DNA of 64,000 nucleotides from Candidatus Heimdallarchaeota archaeon (GCA_018238545.1 JABCTC010000020.1:1-64000), one strand, 5' to 3'. Positions 38,089 to 47,563 are shown, counted from the stretch's first letter. The notes: a model not told the origin generated them from the sequence alone. Translations and numbers: made by a program.

Positions 38089-39003
38089 ATGAGCGAGGAA
38101 AATAAAAAAGAAGAAAATGCTCAAGATAAACCTGCATCTGCAGAAGTGGTTGAAGATAAACCTGCATCTGCAGAAGTGGTTGAAGATAAACCTGCATCTG
38201 CAGAAGTGGTTGAAGATAAACCTGCAGATGCAGAAGTGGTTGAAGATAAACCTGCAGATGCAGAAGTGGTTGAAGATAAACCTGCAAAAAAGACACAAAA
38301 ATACATACATAATTGCACTAAATGTGGTAAATGTTGTGAGAAATGGACTGAAATCCCTTTTTATCTAGAAGATCTCCAACGATGGATCAAAGATGGTTCT
38401 ATCAATTATGTTTTGCCATTTATTCAATTGGAAGAAACTCCTCCAATGTATGTGCGAATGTTTCTGAAAAGAACACCCGTTGAAGGTGAAGATCCTAATC
38501 CTTCTGGTTGCCCGTTATATGATTACGAGAATAAAATCTGCAATTTATACAGCTCAATGCCTTTACATTGCGTTGCTTATCCTTTAGCTTATAACGGTGA
38601 GAAGTTCTATCTTGTTGACACAGAATCGCCAGGATTAGGTTCAGGCAGTATGTCAAAAGAATCTTTAGCAGAAGCCAGATTACGCGCAAAAAACCATTTT
38701 TCAGCACTTACATCAACAAGTTCCATACTTCCATTAATTTATTCTCTAATCCTCAGAAATATGATGCAAAGAAACCAAGAAGCAATGGATAGTATGTCTG
38801 AGGAAGATAGAAAACAGTTAGACGAATTGATGAAAAAATCTGAAGAAAGCACAACTGATGAAACTGAACCAACTGATGAAACTGAACCAACTGATGAAAC
38901 TGAACCAACTGATGAAACTGAACCAACTGATGAAACTGAACCAACTGATGAAACTGAAGAAGAAATAGATGATTTTGAAGATTTGGAGGACATAGAAAAA
39001 TAA
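38089..39003 (+). CDS. YkgJ-family (CxxCxxCC) cysteine-cluster protein with acidic repeat tails
   Basis: CTKCGKCC...CP.Y....C.LY..MP..C..YP. Confidence 0.85.
   Translation: MSEENKKEENAQDKPASAEVVEDKPASAEVVEDKPASAEVVEDKPADAEVVEDKPADAEVVEDKPAKKTQKYIHNCTKCGKCCEKWTEIPFYLEDLQRWIKDGSINYVLPFIQLEETPPMYVRMFLKRTPVEGEDPNPSGCPLYDYENKICNLYSSMPLHCVAYPLAYNGEKFYLVDTESPGLGSGSMSKESLAEARLRAKNHFSALTSTSSILPLIYSLILRNMMQRNQEAMDSMSEEDRKQLDELMKKSEESTTDETEPTDETEPTDETEPTDETEPTDETEPTDETEEEIDDFEDLEDIEK
38123..38286 (+). repeat. Coding tandem repeat, 30 bp x ~5.5 (DKPA[S/D]AEVVE)
   Basis: Head-to-tail AAGATAAACCTGCATCTGCAGAAGTGGTTG units; copies 4-5 carry GAT in place of TCT. Confidence 0.95.
38852..38958 (+). repeat. 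Coding tandem repeat, 18 bp x 6 (TDETEP)
   Basis: Perfect CAACTGATGAAACTGAAC units. Confidence 0.95.
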
Positions 39004-39016
39004 AAGGGCCCTAAGG

Positions 39017-39036
39017 CTGAGGAACCCCTCAGTTTC
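39017..39036. terminator. Hairpin between convergent genes (CTGAGG-AACC-CCTCAG, followed by TTTC)
   Basis: 6-bp GC-rich stem in a 33-bp convergent intergenic gap. Confidence 0.4.
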
Positions 39037-39717
39037 TTATTCACTCTCATCTTGACAATATAAGTCTCCTGACCCCATCAGATGCCCATCATCTGATTTT
39101 GTATTTAGATATTTTAGATTGTAAACATTTGGTTTAATCGAAATTGGTATTCGATCTGTAACATCGATACCTGCATCACATAGACCAGCAACTTTTGTTG
39201 GATTATTTGTCATTAATTTAACAGATTGGATTTTCAATGCTTTTAATGCGTCAATAGCTACTAAATATGACCTCTCATCCTTATTGAACCCCAATAATTC
39301 ATTAGCTTCATTGGTATTGTATCCCATTTCCTGTAATGTGTATGTCTTCAATTTGTTAAATAGTCCAATCCCTCTTCCTTCTTGTCTTAAATATATCAGA
39401 ATACCATATTCCTCTTTTGCAATATGATCCATCGCGAATTCTAACTGTTCTCTGCAATCGCATCTCAAGGATGTAAAAGCATCACCTGTCAAACATTCAG
39501 AATGGATTCTCATAGGGACATTCTCTTTTCCTATAGGGTTTCCTTTTATGATAATGGTATGTTCTTTCATGTCTCTCAAACTTAGAAAACCTATAATTTC
39601 AAATTCACCATGCTGCGTAGGTAATTTTGCTATTGATCCAAAATGAACTAGTTCTGTATCTTTTAACCCTAGTTTGACAATTTTCGCTCTGATACTACGT
39701 TCAATATCGTCTGTCAT
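39037..39717 (-). CDS. ribA: GTP cyclohydrolase II
   Basis: LPT.HG.F, RIHSECLTGD, RCDCREQL, YLRQEGRGIGL, MTNNP.K. Confidence 0.95.
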   Translation of the reverse strand: MTDDIERSIRAKIVKLGLKDTELVHFGSIAKLPTQHGEFEIIGFLSLRDMKEHTIIIKGNPIGKENVPMRIHSECLTGDAFTSLRCDCREQLEFAMDHIAKEEYGILIYLRQEGRGIGLFNKLKTYTLQEMGYNTNEANELLGFNKDERSYLVAIDALKALKIQSVKLMTNNPTKVAGLCDAGIDVTDRIPISIKPNVYNLKYLNTKSDDGHLMGSGDLYCQDESE

Positions 39718-39769
39718 TTTTTCCGTCTCGTTATCTGTTATTTTCTGCTTTTTGTATATTGAGTTCGTG

Positions 39770-40078
39770 CTAATATATTAACTTGAATACATTTAATTTT
39801 CCTTCTGGTTCTTTCCATTTAACATCAATATTGTAAACTTTTGCGGAAGGGGGACCTCTCTTTGCATAACCTATGAGATTGAATAGTTTCTCTTCTTTGC
39901 CTTCTGCTATGATTTCTACAGTTCCATCTCTAAGGTTTCTTACTGTGCCCACCAAATTTAATCTAGTAGCATAATCCCTAGTAGATGCTCTGAAAAAGAC
40001 TCCTTGAACTATACCTGTAACAATGATTTCTACTCTTTTTAACGAATTATCAGTCATTATTTCTGTACCTACTAACAT
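39770..40078 (-). CDS. acyP: Acylphosphatase
   Basis: G.VQGVFFR, GTVRN..DG.VE, GPP.A; probable start ATG 40057. Confidence 0.93.
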   Translation of the reverse strand: MLVGTEIMTDNSLKRVEIIVTGIVQGVFFRASTRDYATRLNLVGTVRNLRDGTVEIIAEGKEEKLFNLIGYAKRGPPSAKVYNIDVKWKEPEGKLNVFKLIY

Positions 40079-40826
40079 ATTTCTTGATTAATATATCAGA
40101 AAACTCTGGAAGAATCTTTTCACAAGGTCCAAAGAAAGAGTGGTCTGAAATAGCTGTAAGGGGGGTTTCTTCGATGTTAAATTCAAGAAGAACTGCACCA
40201 TTATTCTTTGCAAACAAAGGTAATGATGCTACTGGGTGAACAACTCCTGATGTCCCAATTATAAGTACTATATTTGCTTGATTTACCCAATTTACAGCTT
40301 CTTGCCATTTGATTTGATCTAGTGGTTCTCCGAACCAGACTACATCAGGTCGAAGTAAGTTCTTTTTACATTTTGGACATTTTGGGACGATATCTTTCTG
40401 CTCTGCAAACTCTTTGTTATCCCATCTTTGAATATAATCGCAAACTTGACATCGAGCATACCTTATCCTACCGTGTACTTCGACAATTTTTTTGGTATTC
40501 GCAATTTCATGCAACCCATCTACATTTTGTGTAATAACACCTATCAAAAGTCCTTCTTCTTCTAGTTTCGTTAAGGCTTCGTGTGCTGGGTTTGGTTGCG
40601 CTTGCAACAGAATCCTCATGCGAGCTCTATACCACTCCCAAACAAGATTAGGATCATTGCTAAATGCGTAGGGTGTTGCTAAATCTTGAGCGTGATATTG
40701 ATTCCAAAGACCATCCTCTCCTCTAAAAGTAGGCATGCCCGAAGCTTTGGATATTCCTGCACCTACTAGAACAACAATTTTTGGTTCCAGTTCTAATAAA
40801 TTATCAGTAATGGAATCGATACTCAT
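40050..40826 (-). CDS. cobB: NAD-dependent protein deacylase (class III sirtuin)
   Basis: GAGISKASG.PTFRG, W.WY..R, TQNVDGLH, HG, two CxxC, RPDVVWFGE, GTSG.V.P. Confidence 0.92.
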   Translation of the reverse strand: MSIDSITDNLLELEPKIVVLVGAGISKASGMPTFRGEDGLWNQYHAQDLATPYAFSNDPNLVWEWYRARMRILLQAQPNPAHEALTKLEEEGLLIGVITQNVDGLHEIANTKKIVEVHGRIRYARCQVCDYIQRWDNKEFAEQKDIVPKCPKCKKNLLRPDVVWFGEPLDQIKWQEAVNWVNQANIVLIIGTSGVVHPVASLPLFAKNNGAVLLEFNIEETPLTAISDHSFFGPCEKILPEFSDILIKKYVSRYRNND

Positions 40827-40929
40827 TACTAATGAATCTCACTTTGACATAAAAAAGTAATGTGTGAATGAATCAAAGTTTCTTTCATGTAAAAAAACAA
40901 AAAAGCTAAGTCATAATTTTCTGGTTTAA

Positions 40930-42030
40930 TTAAATTCCAAACTTTCTTTTCTTTCCAGTGACATCCTGGTATAGTGTATCTATGCTAGAAGCATATTCAG
41001 GATACCTTGTATAAGCAATCTGGAAAGCCATATCAATTTCAGATTCTCCTAATGAAGCAAATTGCTGTTTTGGATTTGTGGTAAGAGCATAATACTGCGA
41101 AATAATGCTTGTTCCAGAGTATCTTATGATTTTAATAACTTCCCCTTCTAATTTGAGTATAGATGAACCAATGATTTTCTTGTGATTATGTCCACTTGCT
41201 TCAACATCTTCTTGTAATTTCCTGAGGATTTCCTTGCTGAAATCACTTTCTTCCCCTCCTTTAGCTTTACCAACAGTTAAATCGCATATTACACTATTGG
41301 GATAATTTGAAATCAAATCTGGAGTGGTGAACAAAACATCGAATTGATCGGGAGGTACATAATTGGCTGGAAATAAGGATACTAAAAGTTCTCTTCTAGG
41401 TTGAAATGCTTGTAATGAAGATAAAAACGGTTTGACCATCTCTGTACCACAGACAACAGCTATGGGTTTTCCGTTTACAAGAGCATGAACAACTCTATCT
41501 TGCCCTTTGCTAACTAATCGCATAAAGAAGTAAGGTGAAGCGGCTGCTCTATCAATTTCGATTGTTTGAACCCCAGAATCATCATCTTTTTTTGACTCTA
41601 GGACGGTTTTGATATTTTCACCCCATTTTGTGATTCTTGCTCTTAAGGAATCATCCATCTCATAACTTGGCTCGTAAAGTAACAAACCAGATATTTGTTT
41701 TGAAACATTTGAACTGTTATAATTGAAAACAGGAACTTTTGTATAAAGTTGTGACTGTAATTCTTCAGGAATAATATAGGTTAGACAGGCCATGGTAATG
41801 GGAGAGCGTTTACTTTTACATGGAACTCCAAAGAAAAATGAATAAGCAACTCCACCTATATCATGCAAAGGCATAACGGCACTTGATTCTTTCAGGAAAT
41901 CTGTAGCGGCAGCACCCATAAGCATTCGAATAGAAACTTTTTGAGCCTCCTCTTCTGTTAGATTCTCAAAATGTACTGCTCTGGTTCCTACGGTGTCATC
42001 AAATACACTAAAACATAATTTGTGAACCAT
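40930..42030 (-). CDS. DENN-like domain protein (longin/uDENN plus cDENN-like)
   Basis: N-terminal FSVFDDTVG...YSFFF...KR...CLTYI pattern followed by VHALVNGKPIAVV...LSSLQAFQP. ATG 42030 preferred. Assignment is by pattern recognition only. Confidence 0.55.
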   Translation of the reverse strand: MVHKLCFSVFDDTVGTRAVHFENLTEEEAQKVSIRMLMGAAATDFLKESSAVMPLHDIGGVAYSFFFGVPCKSKRSPITMACLTYIIPEELQSQLYTKVPVFNYNSSNVSKQISGLLLYEPSYEMDDSLRARITKWGENIKTVLESKKDDDSGVQTIEIDRAAASPYFFMRLVSKGQDRVVHALVNGKPIAVVCGTEMVKPFLSSLQAFQPRRELLVSLFPANYVPPDQFDVLFTTPDLISNYPNSVICDLTVGKAKGGEESDFSKEILRKLQEDVEASGHNHKKIIGSSILKLEGEVIKIIRYSGTSIISQYYALTTNPKQQFASLGESEIDMAFQIAYTRYPEYASSIDTLYQDVTGKKRKFGI

Positions 42031-42186
42031 TTGAAAATATAGTTTTGCGGTTTCTATTAAATGTATTGTTGAGGGAAACGATGTTACTCGCAAATGGATG
42101 ATAGAACCACTAGAATGCTTAAATAATTCAGCGGATGATTTTTATATTAATAATTTAAAGAAAAGTTGCCGAATCCGGTGGTATGA

Positions 42187-42498
42187 GTGATAAACACCAC
42201 AGAATTAGAAGAACTAGTGGAAAGGTTAGGTAAAACTAAACGCCTTATCCTCATCGAACTGTCAAAGGGGGCGGCTGGATACAAGAAACTATCAAAGAAA
42301 CTACAAATAGGCTTGGATACCATACGTTCTCATGTAAAGACTGGAAAACATTCCAGATCGCTCAATCAAATTGGACTAATCAAACAAGAGGAAAGGGGTT
42401 GGTCACTAACCGAATTAGGTATAAATATATTGGAATTGGTGAAAAGAGATCCTGAATATTCTCCTTTCTTTGTAGAACCTCAAACAAAAGAAGAATAG
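42187..42498 (+). CDS. Winged-helix (ArsR-like) transcriptional regulator
   Basis: HTH followed by L.Q.GLI......W.LT..G. Confidence 0.75.
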   Translation: MINTTELEELVERLGKTKRLILIELSKGAAGYKKLSKKLQIGLDTIRSHVKTGKHSRSLNQIGLIKQEERGWSLTELGINILELVKRDPEYSPFFVEPQTKEE

Positions 42499-42559
42499 GA
42501 GAATTGAAGGGCTACTTTCATCTTCCTTTTTTTTTTATTTTTTTAACGCGTTTTCAGTA

Positions 42560-44197
42560 TCAATAACAATCTAGAGCTTTTTCTAAGATTCTTATTACCT
42601 CGTCCCTTCCTAGAGCATCAATTAATGTTCCGGCTCTTGGACCTGATTTTCTACCTAAGATGATTTTGTATATTGCTCTGAAGAATAGCGTTGGTTTAAG
42701 ATTTGCTTCTTTTGCAGAGTTATAAAGATCTTGAGTGATATCATCTCCTTGATGACTCTCTGGAATCTCTTTGACAGCACTAAGTAGCTGTTCTAATATA
42801 TCCTTCTCAATTATTTTAACATCATCACATCTAGGATTCTCAACTATTTTGAATATTAGATTTTCATTTGCATAATTTTCAATCCAATATTTCGCTTTCT
42901 CATATCTATCGTTGAATAAATTCATATCATGACTCGAGATATCTTTAGGTAATGTGCCTCCTTTAGTTAACTTTTGAATTACTTGTTCTTTGTCAAACAA
43001 ACAGACTTGCATTACTGTAACTAAGTGACCATAATCAACCTTCACTGGTTTTGTAGGCGTTTTTTGATGGATTTTTGCTAATTCATATGCCTTAACAGTT
43101 TTTTCTCTTGTTTTTTGATGCTCAATTTCTACTTCATCATAAAAAATTTCCTCAGCATTATCATACTCACTTGCAATACTAGGAACATCAAAATCGACTC
43201 TGAAATCAAAGTCTGTTCTGAGGTTATGTCTATAAATTTTATATAGAAATATTTCAGGTTCTAAGATTTTTGGGAATTCTGATACAGGCATACCACTCCC
43301 ACTACTTCCACTTAGTTTTTTACCTCCAAAGGTTAGAAAACCATGCTGGATAAGTAACGGTAGTTTTTCCTTTTCGAAGATGTTCTTATGTATGGCTAAT
43401 GATGTATCTATAGATCCCCCTGCAACACCGTGGTCCTTTCCTGATGATTCTACAGTTACTCCTAAGAAATCCTGTCTCGCTGCCCAATCTAGTCTCCACT
43501 TTATCTTCCAAAGCGTATCTCCTAGAATAATCGAAGATTCTTGCCCGCAACCCCGTTTCTCCCTATGACATAGTAGATTAACCTTGATTTTATTGTCAAT
43601 AAACTCATAATTGACTATTTTTGGAGCTGCTAAATTCTTACATTTTGGGCACTGAATAAGAAAGAAGTCTTCCATTTTTGAGCCTGTAATTCTTTCAGTT
43701 ATTTCGAACATTTCTTCCTTTTTCTCAAGAAACAGTTTCGCATATTTATCATATATTCTATCAAAATATAATTTTGAGGTGTGAATTGGTTCGGGATTAA
43801 CGTCAAAATCATTCATTATGGCTAAAGCATCAGTGATGAAGTGATCTGCATAAGAGTCATGACACCCTAATGGATCTGGTACTTCGTTGATTGCGTGTCC
43901 TAAATACGGTGATAACATTTTTCCATGATCTTTCTTGAAGAAAGCTGGTATCTTATCAAATGGATCTAAATCATCTATGTTGAGTATGTATTGAGAATCT
44001 GCTCCTAGGTTGATTAATTCTCTTTGAATAGCTCTACAAGTTACAGCTTCCTTGAAGTTTCCTATATGATAATGTCCGGAAGGTGCCCAGCCTGTAGCAA
44101 CAACTTGTTTATTTCCAAATCTTTCGACGGCTTCTTCACTTACCACTGTTGCCCAGTGTTTGAAAGCATACTCATCATTCTCTTCAATATGATTCAT
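42560..44197 (-). CDS. lysS: Lysine--tRNA ligase, class I
   Basis: HW...PSG.YHIGN, GCH.SYA.HF, KWRLDW, GKDH, KLSGS.G, GPRAG. Confidence 0.96.
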   Translation of the reverse strand: MNHIEENDEYAFKHWATVVSEEAVERFGNKQVVATGWAPSGHYHIGNFKEAVTCRAIQRELINLGADSQYILNIDDLDPFDKIPAFFKKDHGKMLSPYLGHAINEVPDPLGCHDSYADHFITDALAIMNDFDVNPEPIHTSKLYFDRIYDKYAKLFLEKKEEMFEITERITGSKMEDFFLIQCPKCKNLAAPKIVNYEFIDNKIKVNLLCHREKRGCGQESSIILGDTLWKIKWRLDWAARQDFLGVTVESSGKDHGVAGGSIDTSLAIHKNIFEKEKLPLLIQHGFLTFGGKKLSGSSGSGMPVSEFPKILEPEIFLYKIYRHNLRTDFDFRVDFDVPSIASEYDNAEEIFYDEVEIEHQKTREKTVKAYELAKIHQKTPTKPVKVDYGHLVTVMQVCLFDKEQVIQKLTKGGTLPKDISSHDMNLFNDRYEKAKYWIENYANENLIFKIVENPRCDDVKIIEKDILEQLLSAVKEIPESHQGDDITQDLYNSAKEANLKPTLFFRAIYKIILGRKSGPRAGTLIDALGRDEVIRILEKALDCY

Positions 44198-44241
44198 TAT
44201 CGTGTTTTTCCTTTTGTTTATCTTAAGAATTATGATGTAAG

Positions 44242-45624
44242 TTACTTCAATTTAGCATATAAGCTTTCTATTTTTGCCACCCACTCACCGAATTTATCGG
44301 GTGTTTCTGGATATTCATCGCACAATTTCGCTACAGCTTTACTTACATCAATTGTTCTTTTGATTAGAATTAATAAGCCTATTTTTGGTAAACAACGTAT
44401 TGCTCTGTTGAGAAGATTAAACAAGGAATTTTTCTTCAATATGCCTTCTGAAGTTAGATCTGCTTGTTTGATTACCTTTCTCTTGAGGAGAAATTCAAGA
44501 TTATCTGCTCCTAATTTTTCCAATGTTAAAGTCAGAATTCTGCTACGGGCATTGTCTGAACCAAAACTAGAAAAGATGTGTCTGTTATATCCCCATAAAT
44601 CTTGTGTGGAATATTCGTTTCTATCAATTACTTCCTTTGCAATTTGACCGGCATAGTATCCTGCTAATAAAGCAGGACCATGACCTTCTGCTGTTAGGGG
44701 GTCGGCATGAAAAGCTGCGTCTCCAGCTACTAATAACCCAGGTGCAACAGCATTCCATAATGGCGGACGAATCGGTACATTTCCCCCTCTTCCATCTAAG
44801 ACCGTGTATGCTTCAGGCGAATAGTATTTTGCCATAGCATTGAAGTATATTGATTTTACACTCTTGTCCTTGTTTAATCCTTCTTTGATGAATCCTGTCC
44901 CACAATTTAGTTTTTTGTGACCGTCAGCAAAAAACCAGATGTAGCCTGGTGCAGGTATGTCTTTTTCATACTTGAGCACAATTTTTCCATCTAAATCATG
45001 TTCCTCCTTTAATTCAATTATCTCTCGATAACAAGAAGCGTAATCTGATTTTGTTAATTTGTTGTACAGAAATGGTTCAAGAGATTCATCTATGGTTGTT
45101 CTAACAATCCCTCTTACTCCACTACAATCAATAACTATTTTTGAATGAATCTCATCTTCCTCTTTGTTCCAAGGTTTAATTACTACTCCACTGACTTTAT
45201 TTTCTTTTATTATTGCTCTAATTACTTTCGTTTGATAAAGCAATTTAACTCCTCTATCTAATGCATCTTGTAGTAATCTTTGGCCATATTTGTGCCGGTC
45301 TACCATATAACCAATTGCCGGTAAAGCGATATGATCTTTCTTTATCGCTGTTTGAAGAACTAATTCTTTTACATCAGCATTTATCTCTTCTCCATGAGGG
45401 TATTGTACTTTTAATAAATCCGATGCAGTATGTGATGTTTCTTTTGAAATAGCTTCTCCACACACCTTATCACCTATTTTCTCCTTTTTCTTTGAATCCA
45501 ATAAAATAACTTTCAATCCATTGTTAATACAAGATATCGCTGCACTAACACCTGCTGGACCAGCTCCTACTACAATAACATCATAGTGACTTTTCATGCT
45601 TGAAATACTTCTATTCGAAGTCAT
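44242..45624 (-). CDS. Geranylgeranyl reductase family flavoprotein
   Basis: YDVIVVGAGPAG, K.CG, PGY.WFF, GDAA...PL..EG. Confidence 0.9.
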   Translation of the reverse strand: MTSNRSISSMKSHYDVIVVGAGPAGVSAAISCINNGLKVILLDSKKKEKIGDKVCGEAISKETSHTASDLLKVQYPHGEEINADVKELVLQTAIKKDHIALPAIGYMVDRHKYGQRLLQDALDRGVKLLYQTKVIRAIIKENKVSGVVIKPWNKEEDEIHSKIVIDCSGVRGIVRTTIDESLEPFLYNKLTKSDYASCYREIIELKEEHDLDGKIVLKYEKDIPAPGYIWFFADGHKKLNCGTGFIKEGLNKDKSVKSIYFNAMAKYYSPEAYTVLDGRGGNVPIRPPLWNAVAPGLLVAGDAAFHADPLTAEGHGPALLAGYYAGQIAKEVIDRNEYSTQDLWGYNRHIFSSFGSDNARSRILTLTLEKLGADNLEFLLKRKVIKQADLTSEGILKKNSLFNLLNRAIRCLPKIGLLILIKRTIDVSKAVAKLCDEYPETPDKFGEWVAKIESLYAKLK

Positions 45625-45758
45625 AAATAAATTCTGCGGAATTCAACTATTCTTTTTGCTTTAATAAAATTATAATACTAATAAAATCATTAAGGGATGA
45701 TGATTGAATCTTCCGCCTTATTCCGCATTAACATGTAGGTTCAGAGAGAGTTTTTAGG

Positions 45759-45766
45759 TTTAAATA
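45759..45766 (+). promoter_or_regulatory. Candidate TATA box (TTTAAATA) upstream of the structured RNA
   Basis: Consensus-like archaeal TATA about 20-25 nt before the first helix. Confidence 0.45.
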
Positions 45767-45785
45767 ATGTAATAAGGGGGGTAGT

Positions 45786-45964
45786 AGTGATGTTCGTTAG
45801 AAGAACTGAACGGATAAAAGTGAAACATAGTTTCACGCTGGTCTTCACCTACGGGACAGTGGATGCCGTGAGTCATCCTCACTGTTGAACTGTTTAGAGT
45901 AATCGATGCAGAGATGATAACAGTTGAAGACCTTAAATGTTCGTTAACGTTCGGAAAGGTCACT
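45786..45964 (+). ncRNA. Putative novel structured non-coding RNA (~180 nt)
   Basis: Nested complementary segments, C-UACG-G and C-GUGA-G tetraloops on the + strand, locally higher GC, intergenic position. Confidence 0.65.
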
Positions 45965-45999
45965 CATGAAAGAAATGCTAATAGATTAAATAGAGAAGT

Positions 46000-47562
46000 T
46001 TAGGGTGATTTAACCATCTCTCTTCTAACAGTAGTTTCTTTTTCTAATACATCCTTTTCTTCTTTATCTCCTATGAAAACATTGAACATCTCAAATAATG
46101 GCGGTGTATCACCTGATACTAGAACTTTCAGAGTAGTATTTTTTCTGACTGGAGGAGTTTCTACAATCCATGTGATAATTTTATCTCCTTCATCATTAAT
46201 TTGCTCCATAATTTGAGATTCTTCAGGTGTTCTTCCAACAATTGTGTGATTTATCGGAAGTTTGTCCATTAACGAAATCATATCTGTAGTTTCAGACATT
46301 ACGTTCTTTATAATGTAAAGCACAGTGTAACCCATCTCTCTTTCCGAAGGCAAAATAAATTTAGCCACTTTGAAGATTGTTCTACCTTCCTCATTCACAA
46401 TGATTTTTTTACCTCTGAAAAGGTATGGGAAGTAATCTAATGTATAGATCTTTTCAAGTGTTTGATTTACTCCTACATTCTTTTGTTTCCAGATGATGTT
46501 AATTCCCTTTAACTTTGCTTTTTCTATGATACCTGTTGGAGGAAGAGCTTCAGGATTAGTTCTTATAATACTAAACTCTGGAGGTATTTCATCAACAATA
46601 TGCAATTCATGTAAAGGTCGATTATGAATATTGATGTATTTTGTGTGAGAGCTGAATTCCAACCCTTTAGGCGTGATATTTTCAAAAGTGTTTAAAACCG
46701 CTATAACTTCATTTTGAACGATTTCAAGAATTGTGCGATTTATACGTTTTGCAAGTTTGTAACTAATTTCAATTTTTTCTTTTGGTTTAATTTCTGGAAT
46801 TTCCCAAATAATCTCTAAAACCTTCTCCTTTTTCTCCTTAGTTGGATCAATTTCAAGGTTATCTATACCCAAATCTTCAACTTCAAAGTAATAGGGTATC
46901 TCATCTACAATCTCAACTTCTGTAATTGGTTCATCATATTCGTTTTCCAAACTAGAGAAAAGTGTAACATCTCTTTGAGTTTCTCCGATTCCTAAAACAT
47001 TTTCTCTTTCAGTGGTCGCAATCTCACCATTAGGAAGTTTAAATTGGCTTCTACTTTTTATTGTTGAGGGAATCTGATATTTGTTATCTTCTAGTATCTT
47101 TTGTAGAAGCTCATTTCTTAGGTAATCATCTTCAGGAAGTCTTGTGATAGAAACCTCGTGACCTATTATCTTTGTATCTTCTGGGATGTCAAAAGCTTTT
47201 TCAAAATCCTCAGTGACAACTGATTTTGTGTCTTTTATAAGATCCTCTAAATCTCCTGCCACATCTTCATCTGAACGGAGAAGACGTAAAATCAAACTGT
47301 AATCACCAACAATATTTATCTCCGACAAATATTCTACTATCCACCTTGCAACCCTTGTTTCGTGCGGAGCTAAAATTGTTGCCCAAAACTCGTACACGGT
47401 TCTTGCTATCTCTTGCAGATTTCTGCATTCTTTTTCATTTATTAACCCATGAGTGTCGAAGAATGAAACTAATGCGCTCATTGAAGTACTGAAAACATTT
47501 GTATATGGTTCAAGCTTAAGAAAATATCTAGCAGAACCCCAGATCGGTTGTTTCTCCGACAT
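46000..47562 (-). CDS. Hypothetical protein: helical N-terminus plus three tandem beta-sandwich repeats
   Basis: Three copies of N....(I/L)..(V/L).I.D.(I/L)P..F....I.W. No signal peptide. Confidence 0.75.
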   Translation of the reverse strand: MSEKQPIWGSARYFLKLEPYTNVFSTSMSALVSFFDTHGLINEKECRNLQEIARTVYEFWATILAPHETRVARWIVEYLSEINIVGDYSLILRLLRSDEDVAGDLEDLIKDTKSVVTEDFEKAFDIPEDTKIIGHEVSITRLPEDDYLRNELLQKILEDNKYQIPSTIKSRSQFKLPNGEIATTERENVLGIGETQRDVTLFSSLENEYDEPITEVEIVDEIPYYFEVEDLGIDNLEIDPTKEKKEKVLEIIWEIPEIKPKEKIEISYKLAKRINRTILEIVQNEVIAVLNTFENITPKGLEFSSHTKYINIHNRPLHELHIVDEIPPEFSIIRTNPEALPPTGIIEKAKLKGINIIWKQKNVGVNQTLEKIYTLDYFPYLFRGKKIIVNEEGRTIFKVAKFILPSEREMGYTVLYIIKNVMSETTDMISLMDKLPINHTIVGRTPEESQIMEQINDEGDKIITWIVETPPVRKNTTLKVLVSGDTPPLFEMFNVFIGDKEEKDVLEKETTVRREMVKSP

Positions 47563-47563
47563 C

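Noticed and set aside
38123-38958. Tandem repeats as a CRISPR array
   Set aside because: Units are head-to-tail with no unique spacers, are multiples of 3, and lie in frame within a CDS; no cas genes nearby.
44024-44647. 207-aa plus-strand ORF and other short ORFs overlapping well-supported genes (e.g. 29447-29899, 19939-20256, 38038-38368, 38739-39050)
   Set aside because: Antisense or alternate-frame shadows of confident CDSs, several generated by tandem repeats; no protein motifs.
45633-45730. TGCGGAAT...ATTCCGCA inverted repeat with an ATGATGA (box C-like) motif as a C/D sRNA
   Set aside because: No properly placed CTGA D box on the same strand; an 8-bp inverted repeat ~80 bp apart is weak evidence.
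45790-45897. 32-codon + strand ORF ending Cys-TGA-Thr-Val-TAG (possible tiny selenoprotein), and the 67-aa minus-strand ORF 45760-45963
   Set aside because: No recognisable protein features; the dense nested base-pairing and stable tetraloops are better explained by a structured RNA. Not fully excluded.
45786-45964. SRP RNA, RNase P RNA, 5S rRNA or hammerhead identity for the structured RNA
   Set aside because: On either strand there is no SRP helix-8 motif, no RNase P GAGGAAAGUCC-like P4 strand, no 5S conserved loops and no CUGANGA core.
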